A DNA stretch of 64,000 nt from Octopus bimaculoides (lineage: Eukaryota): positions 116,144,947 through 116,208,946 of the forward strand of contig NC_068983.1 of assembly GCF_001194135.2 (NCBI RefSeq). The letters run 5' to 3'. A program made the position numbers and the translations under genes. The notes beneath the pieces are model-generated. The model ran no database searches. It had not been told where the DNA came from and saw nothing but the letters and a program-made list of their open reading frames with translations. Each line of letters starts with the position of its first letter. The first letter of the stretch is position 1. Positions 1-11,787 of the stretch are shown one piece after another.

Positions 1-152
1 TTTGGATGCCAGGGTGGGAACCCATGCCAACATCTCTTCAGTTATCCGGCCAATTGAAAATTCCTGTTTTTAACGGTCATTTTTCACAGGAATTTTCAAT
101 TGGCCGGATAACTGAAGAGATGTTGGCGTGGGCTCCCACCCTGGCATCCGAA
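1..152. repeat. 67-bp inverted repeat (1-67 / 86-152, 18-nt spacer); probable inverted Penelope-like terminal repeat
   Basis: Arms are reverse complements with 3 differences (positions 3, 20, 25). The left arm is cut by the window edge. Confidence 0.85.
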
Positions 153-167
153 ACTCGGAGTTTTATC
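107..167 (+). ncRNA. Minimal type I hammerhead-ribozyme-like motif, Penelope-like element type
   Basis: GATAA-CTGAAGA-GATG...CATC-C-GAAA-CTCGGAGT-T-TTATC: stem I GATAA/TTATC, CUGANGA core, stem II, GAAA, near-palindromic stem III. Cleavage triplet is GUU (suboptimal). Confidence 0.55.
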
Positions 168-199
168 ATGGCTATTGAATAAGTGTCACATATTTTTAC

Positions 200-249
<50 letters not shown>

Positions 250-256
250 CATTCAG

Positions 257-325
257 AACAGGGAAGCAGTTTAGATCTTCAAAGTGGGAGAAGACCCTAT
301 TAAATAGATGTGACGAATTATCTAG
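257..325 (+). CDS. Candidate coding exon (TGKQFRSSKWEKTLLNRCDELS)
   Basis: Strong donor AG|GTAAGA (GT at 326); 69 nt open in a phase 2-2 frame. Acceptor attcag sits right after a (TA)n(CA)n tract and lacks a polypyrimidine run. Confidence 0.25.
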
Positions 326-605
326 GTAAGAAAAGAAAAGGTTGATGCATTAAATCTTAGCAATTACTCATGATAGTTGTTTTATAAGTATTATGTTCTG
401 TTGCATGAAGTTTCAACATCTACAAAATTTATTCCTATTTCTTCTAAATGATCATAAATCATTTTTATTATTATGATGAATAATGTTGTGGTACCTGAAA
501 CCACTCCTTAGTTGCATGATACAAACATCCTGTTTTAAAATGATCTCGATTAAAACCTTCCATCAATATATTTTAATTTATGTTCTATACACCAGCTTAA
601 TAATG

Positions 606-816
606 GTTTCAAAATTTGGCACAAGGTCAGTAATTTCAAGGGAGGGAATAAGTCGATTACATCAACCCCAGAGCTCACCTGGTACCTATTTTATTGACCT
701 GAAAGGATGAAAAGCAAAGTTGACCTCAGCAGTATTTGAACTCAGAATGCAAAATCAAATGAAATGCTGCTAAGCATTCTGTATGGCATGGCAATGGTTC
801 TGCCAGTTTACAGCCT
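606..816 (-). mobile_element. SINE family B nested in an older repeat
   Basis: Flanked by an 18-bp direct duplication tacaccagcttaataatg (588-605, 817-834). Confidence 0.8.
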
Positions 817-1011
817 TACACCAGCTTAATAATGACCAACTTATTTTACTAAATTCTTCATCATTTTAAGAATAAATTGAGACAAAAGCAATGTATTTCA
901 ACACAAATATGATAACAAAAGGGTTAAATAGGTTTAAAATGATACTTTAAATTAATATCAAAAGTGACATTATACAAAATGGTTAATGTAATGTAAGCTT
1001 TAAGACATATA

Positions 1012-1667
1012 AGAGGGGATATCCAAAAGTAACTGGAAACATTCTCTGTGGAACAAGCCTGTTGTAGTTCAAGCTTCTGCAGCTAGAAGCCACTAGATGC
1101 AACCCTCAGGCATCAATCTGCTGACCGGTTGCTTCAAGACCAACCTCAGTCAGGAGCAACCATTGACTTCCCAAACAAATGAAAACATCATGAAAATTCA
1201 TGAAATGGTCTTGGAGGACTGTCACCAAACAATTGATAAACTTGTTGATATGACTAGTGTGTGCTGGAGCTCCTGCCAACGAATCTGGAGTGATGAATAG
1301 TGAATGAAATGAGCTGCAGCAAAATTTGTGCCTCACTTGCTCACAAAAGATCAAAAGCTGTCACAATTGAATGCATGTCATGAACTGAAAGAACAGCTGA
1401 AAGTTGATCCGGACCATTTTTCAAAGGTCATCACTGGTGATGAAAGCTAGTGCTACAGAATTTGCAGATGAGGAAGGGGTAAAGAAATGAATCGATGGAG
1501 GCATTAAAAGACATCACATTGCAAGAGTTCAAACAGTGGAAAACATGTCTGGATTGATCCATTGCTTCAAATGGAAAATACTTTGAAAGCAGTAAAAGTA
1601 TAAACATGTAAAACTAAGTGAATAAAATAATACTGCAAAATTCCGGTTTCTTTTGGGTACCCCCTCA
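1012..1667 (+). mobile_element. Internally deleted mariner element
   Basis: TIRs agaggggatatccaaaagtaactggaa and ttccggtttcttttgggtaccccctca, flanked by TA. Decayed transposase words (AAKFVPHLLTKDQK, FSKVITGDES). Confidence 0.85.
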
Positions 1668-1799
1668 TATAATCAATTATAAACTATAAAAGGTAAGTAG
1701 GAGGATTGTATGTGTTTACTTTTCTCATTTATCTCATGTAAATGCATTCATACAGTAACTTCTACTTTAGAACTTCTGGAAAACTCATAGCTGAAATAA

Positions 1800-2760
1800 T
1801 GATTACCAAATGAGAACTAGTGAACTCTCTCTCCTCCAAGCTGTAACATTACATGTTGTGCCTCACAAGGAAGTTTGCATCCATATGTACCTCTTCCAGA
1901 CACAAAACCAAACTGCATCTCATCCCGGTCTACTCTGTTACAGATCAATTGTGTTTGTTCCACTTGTATGATTCTTCTTATATAATTTCTCCTCTCCAAA
2001 GCATCTCCTTTGCCCTAGTTACAATTTAATATGATATTGCTATGCTAGTCACGGAGTGTGACACTTTCTGGTATAACTTGATTAACTTTCTATGTGGCAT
2101 CCTACCTCACCAGATATGAGACTTCTAAGATCATGTTTCACTTCTTTCCTTGTCTTTTGCTTCCAGAGATTTCTTTCACTTGAATTACTTGGCACTTTCT
2201 CACCCAAGTATCATCCCCCTATACCAGCTCAGTCTTCTCTTTTCCATACTACATTTGATTTCTCTTATATCTAGTGTTTTCCCTTGTACATTAGTGCTTC
2301 ATCATTTCTGCCCTGTCTTCACACATCTTCTGAGTTTTATGCCTATGTTTTCCTTATCGTACAACATTACACTCTGTACATAAAAATCATACAATCTTTT
2401 CTTTGCTTGGAGAGGAACTCCCTTTGTTATCAGCAGAGATTATAAAAACCTGAACTTTTCCTACACTGTTATTACTCTGGCTACTATGCTTTCAGAAACC
2501 CCCACTTTCAATGCTAATTAGGTCACCTAGCTAACAGAACTTATCCTGAACTTTCAAAGAATTTATTTCATTGGTAGTCCTACTGCAACATAGCTCCCAA
2601 TGAAGCACTTGGTAGAATCTGAAGTGTGTGTTATGTAGGGGCGATTTCTGAGAGGATAGGTCAGTCTACCCATACCCTCATACCTGTAACTATAATCTGA
2701 TGGGTCAAAGATGAAGCACATGTGCTGACAAGAAGATTTAGTGTAAAACTGACAAGCTCT
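1800..2760 (-). mobile_element. Scrambled RTE LINE fragments
   Basis: DRDEMQFGFVSGRGT at 1817-1999 and further RTE-like pieces also seen at about 13850-14050. Confidence 0.55.
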
Positions 2761-2879
2761 GACCAATCAGCTGACATGAAGTGCCATAGTGTCAGGGAAG
2801 TAGTGGGATGTATTACATAATATATGGATATGTGAAAATAGTTGTGGCAAGGCACTGGTCAGACAACCCAACAATAAGT

Positions 2880-3170
2880 GCAGAGGTTGTGGTGACTTGT
2901 TAGAGGCTAGATTCAGGGTGTGGATGTTTGTCAAGGATACGAATAAGAGCTAAAACTAATTGTTGTAAAGACTTTAGGCTTATAAAAGATATTTTTCTGC
3001 ACCAGCAGCATCTTGCAGGAAGAGTGCAAGAGCCCAAAAATGTTGCAAAATCACTGAGGCTGATGCTGTTAAAGAGGGGAATGCGAGATATATGCTTTTG
3101 ATGCAGAAGGAGTAGGGGGTGTTTCAAGGAATTCAGAGATCAGTAAAGGAAGAGGGTGTATTTAGAGGAT
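2880..3170 (-). mobile_element. Possible CR1-group APE fragment
   Basis: SLQQLVLALIRILD resembles 'L.QIV..PTRIPD'; weak. Confidence 0.3.
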
Positions 3171-3336
3171 CTGGGAAAGAGAGATTTTGAGTTCCCATCA
3201 AATCCTTGTTACTAATATTGAGGTGGGTGAGGTAAATGACAAGAACAAAATATGAATATAGGTTATAGCTGGACACTATAGACAGGTTGTCTAGGCTTTC
3301 GTAAATGTATATATCTGTATATGTGTATACATTTTG

Positions 3337-3339
<3 letters not shown>

Positions 3340-3370
<31 letters not shown>

Positions 3371-3630
3371 CTTTATCTCAACATCATGCAACAGTTGTAA
3401 ACAAGCAGTAGCATCATAACCATCATACAAGCAGTGCTGTTCATTTCCAATTCTCTGTGAAAACATGTCTGGCCAGGGGGAAATATTACCTTGCTTTGAA
3501 GCAAGTGAGGGTTGGCAACAGGAAGAACATCCAGCCATAGATAATTCAGCCTCAGCAAATTCTGACAGACCCATGCAAGTATGAAAAAGTTTACATGTAA
3601 ATGATGCTGATGATGATCTCACAAACACAC
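3340..3630. mobile_element. SINE-like repeat family D
   Basis: catgtctggcca...aatattaccttgctt...ggttggcaacaggaag; homologous at 8640-8820, 8220-8360 and 16120-16300. Confidence 0.6.
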
Positions 3631-4249
3631 ACACACAGATAGATATTCTTTTTTTGGTACATTGGCTCACGAGACAGCTCTCATAAAGCTATAAATAATA
3701 GTATGTGAAAATTGGGTTCACAGGCCCTTTTGTATAGAAAATGTTCGAAGGTTGCTAGTGGAACGCGAACCCACATCTGTAGAGACGACAGCCTTCCAGC
3801 TTTCAATCCAAAAGGTTTTTCAACCCAATATTTACATTCTATTATTTTTTAGCTTTATGTGATGTGCTTCGAGTGCCAGTGTTTTCTCGAAAGTTTATAA
3901 AATTCTTCAACACCTTAATCAATAACATATTCACCTTTATTGGTCACAACTTCTCTTGCCAAGTCGACCCCAGCTGGATTTGAACTCAGACCATAAAGGG
4001 GCATAACTACCACAAAATATTTTATCCATCGATTTACGAATCCAATTCAAGATACTCTTCATTATTTTTTTTTTTCGTTCGATAAATGAACTTAAAACTT
4101 AAATATAATATGTTCACTCTCGCTTTTGTCAGACCCTACCCCCAAAATTAAACACATTTTAGATAATAAAACACTATAAAGTAGTGTGTTTTGTTTTTAA
4201 AAATGGAATCTTATTTTTAAAATTCTGATTTACAAAAATATACAGAGCC

Positions 4250-4995
4250 CGAGTAAGACGGAAGCAAGAGCTGGCAATGATATAAGCTATATAATCATCT
4301 TGTATGCTTGGGTTCATAAATACACATAACTATTATTAATATATTTAATAATCCAAAACGTTACATTTCTTTGTTTTTGGTGATTTCACAGGAAGCAAAG
4401 AATATGTTTGCAAAGATGACTAGATAAGAAATGGCAATATAAGGCAGCGAAAAACATTAAATAACTATTCAGATTCGTGAAAAGTTCGGAGTGTTCTCAC
4501 ATCAACACAAAAGAAAATATTCACTTATTGCTTTTGTTAGGGTAAAATTCATATTTATCACAAATGTGATAAACATTACAGTAGAACAAAATCAATATAT
4601 TTATGAAAATAAGCTTTCGGTAGATAGATAGATAGATAGATAGATGTACAATAAAATGTATACATATATGTGAAATTAAAAAGATGTTTTTCAATATACA
4701 ATATCCTTACCTTAATAATTCACTTTTTATCGACTTGAGACGTGGCCGGTAACCTGTGAGACAAATAACGTACAGTCTTGATAACGCAAAATAAAAGTCA
4801 GAAGACTGATTGCAAGGGATTTTGGTTATTTGTTAAATCATTTTAATCTAATATAAATTTAAAACGTCGTCTAATGGGATGAAGGTTGTTGTTATAGTAA
4901 CAAAAAATTACGAAGCACTTCCGGGGCGACCTTAAGATTTCAAATTTTTGAACTACACTGAGAGTTACATAAAAAACTTGGCTATGTACTTCCGA
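4250..4995. promoter_or_regulatory. Candidate promoter region with ETS/GABP-like motifs
   Basis: CACTTCCGG (4916-4924), TACTTCCG (4987-4994), ACGGAAGC (4258-4265); CpGs relatively retained; largely repeat-free. Confidence 0.35.
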
Positions 4996-5261
4996 AAAAA
5001 GAATGCATTATTTCATTACACTAAATACGTATTTCAGATTTTTATTTGAAAACCATCCCAGATTCTATGATATAACAGTCTGAATAAGAAATTGTAAAGA
5101 AAAGAAAACAAAAAATATTTTTCAAACCTTAATAGTAATTTATTTCGAATGAGTTATTTTGTGCAATTTAATGTTTATATATATATATATATTATTATTA
5201 TTATTATTATTAATTTGCCTGTACGGCTGATAACTCGTTTGTCACACGTGATGGTATTTTT

Positions 5262-5660
5262 ATCATCATCATCGTCGTCGTCGTTTAACGTCCACTTTCC
5301 ATGCTGGCATGGGTTGGACTGTTTGACTGAGAACTGGCAGGCAGGCAGGAAGGCTGCACCAAGTTCCAATCTAATTTGGCAAGGTTTCTACAGCTGGCTG
5401 CCTAGCCTAACGCCAACCACTCCCTGAGTGTAGTGAGTGCTACCGACACGGGAGCCAGTCAGGCGGCACTGGCATCGGCCAATGCTCGAATGGTGCTTTA
5501 TACGTGTCAACAGCACGGGTGCCAGTCAGGTGGTACTGGCATTGGACACACTCGAATAGAGCTTTTTACGTACAACCAGCATGGGTGCCAGTCAGGCGGT
5601 ACTGGCATCAACCAAGCTCGGATGGTGCTTTTTATGTGTCAGTGGCACGGGTGCCGGTCT
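5262..5660 (-). mobile_element. Repeat family C copy with internal tandem units of about 60-70 bp
   Basis: catcatcgtttaacgtccactttccatgct tail on the left; 3-4 degenerate gggtgccagtcaggcggtactggcat units. Confidence 0.75.
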
Positions 5661-6419
5661 GTTTTCCTACCCTTTGATTTAAGAGCTCATCAGTTCTGTA
5701 CCAGCCCGCTTAGCAGGAACACGGAGGCTCACTCAACAGCATAGAAATTAAAATCTTGTCCACACATAGAACAGACGCAGCGCTTAGACAAATTACAGAA
5801 GCTACACACATAATAGAAGATAAACTTAGCCTGAATAGGAAACTGGAATGGAACACTAGCACACACCCCCAACAAACCACAACATATGACAATAAAATCC
5901 CCATAAACTGATAACAATATGAACAAAATATAATACAATACACAGATAAACAAATGGAATTAAATAACTACATACATTAACAAAATTAAATTAAATACAA
6001 AAAAAAAGTAGGTATAAACACATAAACAAATAAATAAAAACAAATTAAATGAACATGTATAAACAGCGGATACAGATACTACAGGCACTCCCCATACATA
6101 CACATGCACTTACTAAACATAGACACACATAGAGGGATATGCATGCGCAAATATAGACACATTCAATAGGAGTACAAAATACAAAATGGCTGATTGTTAG
6201 TAAGGAGAGACACACAAATAAGAAAGAAGAAAGCAAAGTCACAGAAGTGTGACGAAAGAACTCTGGCCGAAATACGATTAATGTAATATAAAGCTGAAGC
6301 AAATTAACACCAAATATATAGTGCGTGTGTTTTTATTGGCTAAACTGGCAACATGACCATCCCCAAATACAACAATAAAATATTAGTCTTTATCATCTTA
6401 ACCAAAAGGCAGAAAAACA

Positions 6420-7056
6420 GACTATCTCTTTATAGCCGAAGATCAGTTGCAATTGTAGGAGCTGAATCTCATAAGAATGGAAAAACAAACAACAAATAGT
6501 TTGTACCTTATAATGAAACTCCTTTAAGAGCATTCAAATGCCACTGCAACATTGAAATTGTTGCCTCAATGAGGTCAGTTAAGTATGTCATAAAGTACAC
6601 ACTGAAAGGAAATGACCAAGCTGCTGTTCAAATAAACAATGATAACAAAATTAGTCAATATCTAATTGGTAGGTATATAGGACCATCTGAAGTAGTCGCA
6701 TCTATTTTAGGATTCTCAGTTCATGAAAGAGTACCCGCAATAGTGAGACTGACAGTTCATCTCCCAGATGAACAAAGAATATTGCTCAGAAATAATGAGG
6801 ATATACATGGCATTCAATGAACGACATAATTCTTTTCATTGTGCATCAATCATGACTTTGCAGAAACATTACTTTATACTGAAGTACCCACATATTTCAC
6901 TTGGAACAGTAGTAACAAAGAATGGCAAAGAAGAAAGTGAGGACAAAAAGTTGAAGTCATTTGAACATTTTCAAAGAAGAAACACTTGAACGTCTTTATG
7001 TTGTGACACCAAAGGCAGGAGAACTGTATTAAGAATTTTATTGCATGAAGTTCAAA
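6420..7056 (+). mobile_element. Helitron Rep/helicase pseudogene fragment
   Basis: Frameshifted peptides LYSRR, FVPYNETPLRAFKCHCNIEIVASMRSVKYVIKYTLKGNDQA, YIGPSEVVASILGFSVHERVPAIVRLTVHLP, LLYTEVPTYFTW and RLYVVTPKAGELY follow Helitron motif order. Confidence 0.85.
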
Positions 7057-7089
7057 ATAGTATTTTTCCTTTACTGCAGCATGTCAACA

Positions 7090-7570
7090 TTTTCAACTTG
7101 GAGTGGTTATGACCCAGGACAGCTGTGTGAGGAAGTGTCACACTCTAACAGTGGAGGGAACCTGTGGAAGAGGTAAACATGGGATGAGGTGGTGAAACAC
7201 GACCTTCAAATGTTGAGCCTCATAGATGCAATGACAAGCGACAGAGATCTTTGGAGATATGCCGTGCTTGAGAAGACCTGGCAAGCTGAGTGAGATCGTA
7301 GCTGTGGCTGATGCCAGTGTCGCATAACTTGCCCATTTAAAAGCCCCATTCAAACGTGGCCAATGCCAGTGCAGCCTGACTGGCTTCTATACCAGTGGTA
7401 TGTAAAAAGCACCCATTACACTCTTGGAGTGGTTGGCATTAGAAAAGGCATCCTGCTGTAGAAACCTTGCTAAATAAGATTACAGCCTCCCAGTCTGTCA
7501 GTTCTCAGTCAAACCATCCAACCTATGCCAGCATGGAAAGCAGACATTAAACGATGATGACGATGACAAT
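7090..7570 (+). mobile_element. RTE LINE 3' end including 3' UTR and (GAT)n tail
   Basis: CHTLTVEGTCGRG...WDEVVKHDL...DRDLWRYAVLEKT, followed by ...ggttggcattagaaaaggcatcc...catggaaagcagacattaaacgatgatga. Confidence 0.75.
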
Positions 7571-8830
7571 GATGATATTTGTATATATATATATATACAT
7601 ATAAGAGCTCAAAGTGTACATACGCCTGTATATTTTATATATAAAAAATACAAAAATGGTACAAGAACGCAAAACATCCAGACAGGTGAAACAACAAAGG
7701 GACAACAAAATATCCAGACAGACGATACAAGGAAAACAAGGACAGATCATTCAGAGTTTTCTATCTTCAGTCGAGTTCCAGGAGCTGCATAAATAGCCTG
7801 GCAGCTAACACTGGAGTTGTTTCCTTTGTTTTAATGTTTTACTTGGTGTGACATTGCACATACATGTGTGTTAGTGTTTGTTTTTACATTTGTACTTCTT
7901 CAAAAATTTCTGTTACACCAAAGCGATTTTCAGAGAAGCACAAATTCATGCAAACATGGGAGTTGTCATTTCTTCTCTCAACAAATCATCCATTAATTCT
8001 GCTACTTTGAAAACAAGATCACTTACTTAACACCTAGGTTAATGATAAGAAGAGCATCTGTAAAACATGCCTCAATATTATATTTGTCAAACTAATGCCA
8101 GCATGGAAAAAATAAGTGTAAAACTGAAACAAATGAATGTTTTGTTTTCATTCTTCCATGCTAGAATGGGTTAGATAAATATATAATTTAGGTATAGTTT
8201 TACAACTGGGTACCCTTCTGGTTGCTTGCCCTAACCTATTTTTCAAGTAAGGGATCTTTTATTTCACATGTCCTCAAAGATGCAAAGTGAGTGGATGATT
8301 TGTTGATAGCAGAAACTGACAACACCGTCATTTGTAGCTTGTGACTTTCTTAGTGTGTGAATACACATACAAATATAGAGGCTTTTTTCAGTTCCTGTTT
8401 ACCATTATTCACTCAGAAGGCATTGATCAGCCAGGACCTGTAGTAAAAGACACTTGCCTAAGGTGCTGTGAACTTCTTAAGCACACTGCTATCCATGCCC
8501 AAATGCAGATATAGTTATAGACATGGTTTCTGGTTCAGTTTCAATCAGATTCATTGCATGGCACTTTGGGCAAATGTCTTCTACTTTAGCTTCAGGTTAA
8601 CCAAAGATTTGAAGTTGTATATCTGTGTGTGTGTGTCTCCTTGTCTTGTGTGATTCTCATATATGAATGTCATTAATTTTCAATATTCTGCAAAACCATG
8701 TCTGGCCATGGGAAAATATTACCTTGCTTGGAAACAGGTAAAGTTGTTGACAGGATGGGAAACCAGCCACAGAAAATCTATCTCAATAAACTCTATCTGA
8801 CCCATGCAAGCCTGGAAAAGNNNNNNNNNN

Positions 8831-8870
<40 letters not shown>

Positions 8871-8989
8871 CATGAGACTCAGTAATGGTGTGAATACAAC
8901 TGTCCATAAGATAATAATATTCAACTGACCTAGGACATGTTCCAGTACCCAGTCATCACATATTTCTTTGTTGTTAAGTGTTCAATGTG

Positions 8990-9380
8990 TTGAGTGTAAG
9001 CATTTTACCAGATGAAAACTTTTAATGGCTGTTCTTAAAGTCAGAACAAAATCAGCAGAAAATTGCTTGCATTCAGTCCTAGAAAATAGTTCTGTTTGCA
9101 GAAAGTGGTTTACATTTATATATGACTTGTATCTCACATTCTGTGTGTTCGAAAGGAGATTAGAAAGTGATACTGGGATTGATGTGATGTCTTTCAAAGG
9201 AATCATAAGCAAAACTGAGAAATGGTGAAATATGCTTACACTGATAATGGATGTTGTAATTCTTTGTGGGAAAAGAGGACTTACTGTTTGTGGATTATCT
9301 TTGTAAATTGGCAAGATTCAAAAGGGGAACTTCTTGAAAATCATTAAGTTTTTAGTCCATTATGATCTAGTTCTGGTTTA
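8990..9380 (+). mobile_element. hAT-type transposase fragment (DUF4371/ZMYM1-like region)
   Basis: Decayed peptide ...IISKTEKW...IMDVVILCGKRGL...KGNFLKIIKFLVHYDLVL resembles the 'LAFRG...GNFLELL..LAKYD' motif. Confidence 0.6.
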
Positions 9381-10414
9381 GTGTGTGTGGTCACTAATTT
9401 AGTGTGAGTGTTCTGTGATTTAATGTATGAAGAGTATTCATGAGAGAGTCCATTCCAGTGTGCTTTTGATAAGCACGTATAAAGAATGAAACATTGCAAT
9501 TTTTATTTTAATAAAATGAGTGCTCGCAAGTAGTAACAATGATTAATCTGCAAATCATTTACATGTGTATGTGAGACAGGAAAAATCTCATAACTTACTT
9601 TTTTACACAGAAGGGTTATATGGAAGAAGTTGTAAGCTAATAGGAACAAGAACATACCACTCATTTAAGGGCAGAGTTGTAGCTGATATTATTCAAATGA
9701 GTTGTGTGAAGTTGGTGGTAAACACAAAAACTGTGGCATGTTAAAGGAAGTGATGTTACTTCAAGGCTGTCATTTCTCCAACTGACTTGAAACTGCCGCT
9801 TCACTGCTAAGGCAGTGATCTGTTGTTTGTATTCACTCACATCCATCCCTGATTGGCTGGAGTCTGCCACAACCACAACAACAAAGTAGATCTTTCCTGA
9901 CTTGCTACAAAAGCTTCAAAAGCAAAGGAGAATGATACCAAGTTTACAATCTTTTAATATCATTTCAAAATCAAATTAATCAGTAACTGCACAGATTGTT
10001 TGGAATCATATTTTGGAAGAAATAAGAGCTGCAAAATATTATCCAATCATAGTTGAAATAACATAGCATTCAAACAATGTGGGACAGACAACATTCACCA
10101 TCTGCTTTTTGCCAAGGGTGCTATGATATTTGCAGTATAAAAGAGATGTTTTTTCTTGGTCAAATGCTTTAAGAAAATGGGCTGAATTAGCAAACCTGAC
10201 TATGGAGGTACTTGAACATTTTAGGAAACTTTTTAGAGGTTGTTATGGCAAGTAGAGAAGTACTGAACAGTAGATGCTTGCTATTCATTCACTGTACTAG
10301 TTTTCTCTATATACTTACCATTCACTAAACTTATGTGTAGATTTTGCAGTATGTTGCAGAGAGGCATACAGTTTTTAGAGTAAGGAAAACAGTTTACAAT
10401 TTGCTTTCTTCCAG

Positions 10415-10495
10415 TCCTCAGAGACTGGTACTCTCAAGAAACACACAGATGAATCCATTTATACTTTATCCTGTTCTCAATGGACAGACTGATAA
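10415..10495 (+). CDS. Candidate internal coding exon of an unidentified gene (PQRLVLSRNTQMNPFILYPVLNGQTD)
   Basis: Acceptor ttgctttcttccag, donor AA|gtatgt, 81 nt, open in a phase 2-2 frame, not obviously repeat-derived. No homology recognised. Confidence 0.4.
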
Positions 10496-11285
10496 GTATG
10501 TGTGAGACTGTTGCAGTTCATCCTGTTGGAGTATAACTTCTGTTAAAAAAAAAAATCCTTTCTCTCAATCTCACACTCATTAATGAAATCAATGGTGTGA
10601 TGAAATGAGGGCCATTCTTCATTGCATTTTTATGTTCTCAATGTAACTGAAGGTTGTTTACTGATTAGCAGAAGAAATCAAATAATCTACACGAGAGATG
10701 CTACAGTGGATGTGCAGGCCTAGAATCTAGAGGTGCTTTTGAATGATCTTGAAGAGCTATGGGAAAAATGGTTGAAGATTTTTAATCGAAGTGAAAATGG
10801 TTGCTAATGAAATCAAAATTAAGCCTTATCTCCCATGAAAACGTAAAGTTGAAAGTCAACCAAACCAAAGGAAAATGTCCATGAAAATCTTTGTTATTAT
10901 GACTGAAGCTCACCTGATTCCCATGGATACTACAATTGATGAAAAATTTGTATTTGACCATTCATGATCTCTATTCAATACTACAATGAGTTTCTCCCAC
11001 AAAGTTTCATAACAGATGTCAAGAGAATAAAAATTTCCTCTAAAGCAGTTTCTGTTTCAAAAGACTCTCCTACATGAAAGTTCTTTATAGTTGCTAATAA
11101 ATAATGACAGGATAAATATCTACTTTATTCCCAATCTTAAATTCATAAAAAAAGGTTAAAAAATCAGTTAATAAAAGAGACTAAATGTTTACCTAATAAA
11201 CACAAACTGGAAAGGTCTTAACATGCAGTTTACTATGGCCAAAATGAATAAAAGCCACATTCATTAAAAAAAATTATTATATAGA

Positions 11286-11690
11286 AGCAGGTGTGGCTGT
11301 GTGGTTTAGAAGTTAACTTTGTAACTATATGGTTTCAAGTTCAATCTCACTGTCCAGCACATTGGGCAACCATTGTCTACTATAACACAAGGCTAACCAA
11401 TGTGTTAGAGTGAGTTTAGTAGACAAAAACTGTGTAATGCTCATCACACATATATATAGGATGAAGTATGTATATATGTATGTATAAGTAGGTATGTATG
11501 TGTGTGTGGGGGGGCATGTTTGTCTCTCAATGTTTGATGAATAGTTTTTTTTTTCCTATCATTTAGTGGTTTGGGAAAAAGAGACTGATAGAATAAGACA
11601 ACTCAATACTTAAAATAAGTACTGGGGCTCTGATGGATTAAAGTTTTCAAAGCTATGTCCCAGCATGGTTGTAGTTTAGTGACTGAAAAA
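11286..11690 (+). mobile_element. SINE family A (old)
   Basis: Diverged head gtgtggctgtgtggttt...gggcaa and tail. Confidence 0.7.
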
Positions 11691-11787
11691 AAAATATATA
11701 TTCAGTCTTAACAGAAGAACGTTAACATTTCAAAAATTGTGCAAGGGAAGTAAACAACAAAGATTTTATATTTTTTATTCATAAAAA

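Noticed and set aside
3740-3830. tRNA-like T-loop (gggttcgcgttcc) on the minus strand
   Set aside because: No cloverleaf or acceptor stem; at best a decayed SINE head.
5440-5660. Regularly spaced repeats suggestive of a CRISPR array
   Set aside because: Eukaryotic context, degenerate units and non-unique spacers; these are internal tandem units of family C.
5650-5710. CTGATGA-GCTCTT...AAGGGT-AG-GAAA on the minus strand
   Set aside because: Stem II is weak, and there is no stem III or stem I; it sits at a repeat junction.
6245-6285. TGACGAAAG...GCCGAAATACG hammerhead-like words
   Set aside because: C3 is missing and no stems can be formed.
10560-10900. Possible further mariner HTH remnant
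   Set aside because: Too decayed to support, and no TIRs were found.
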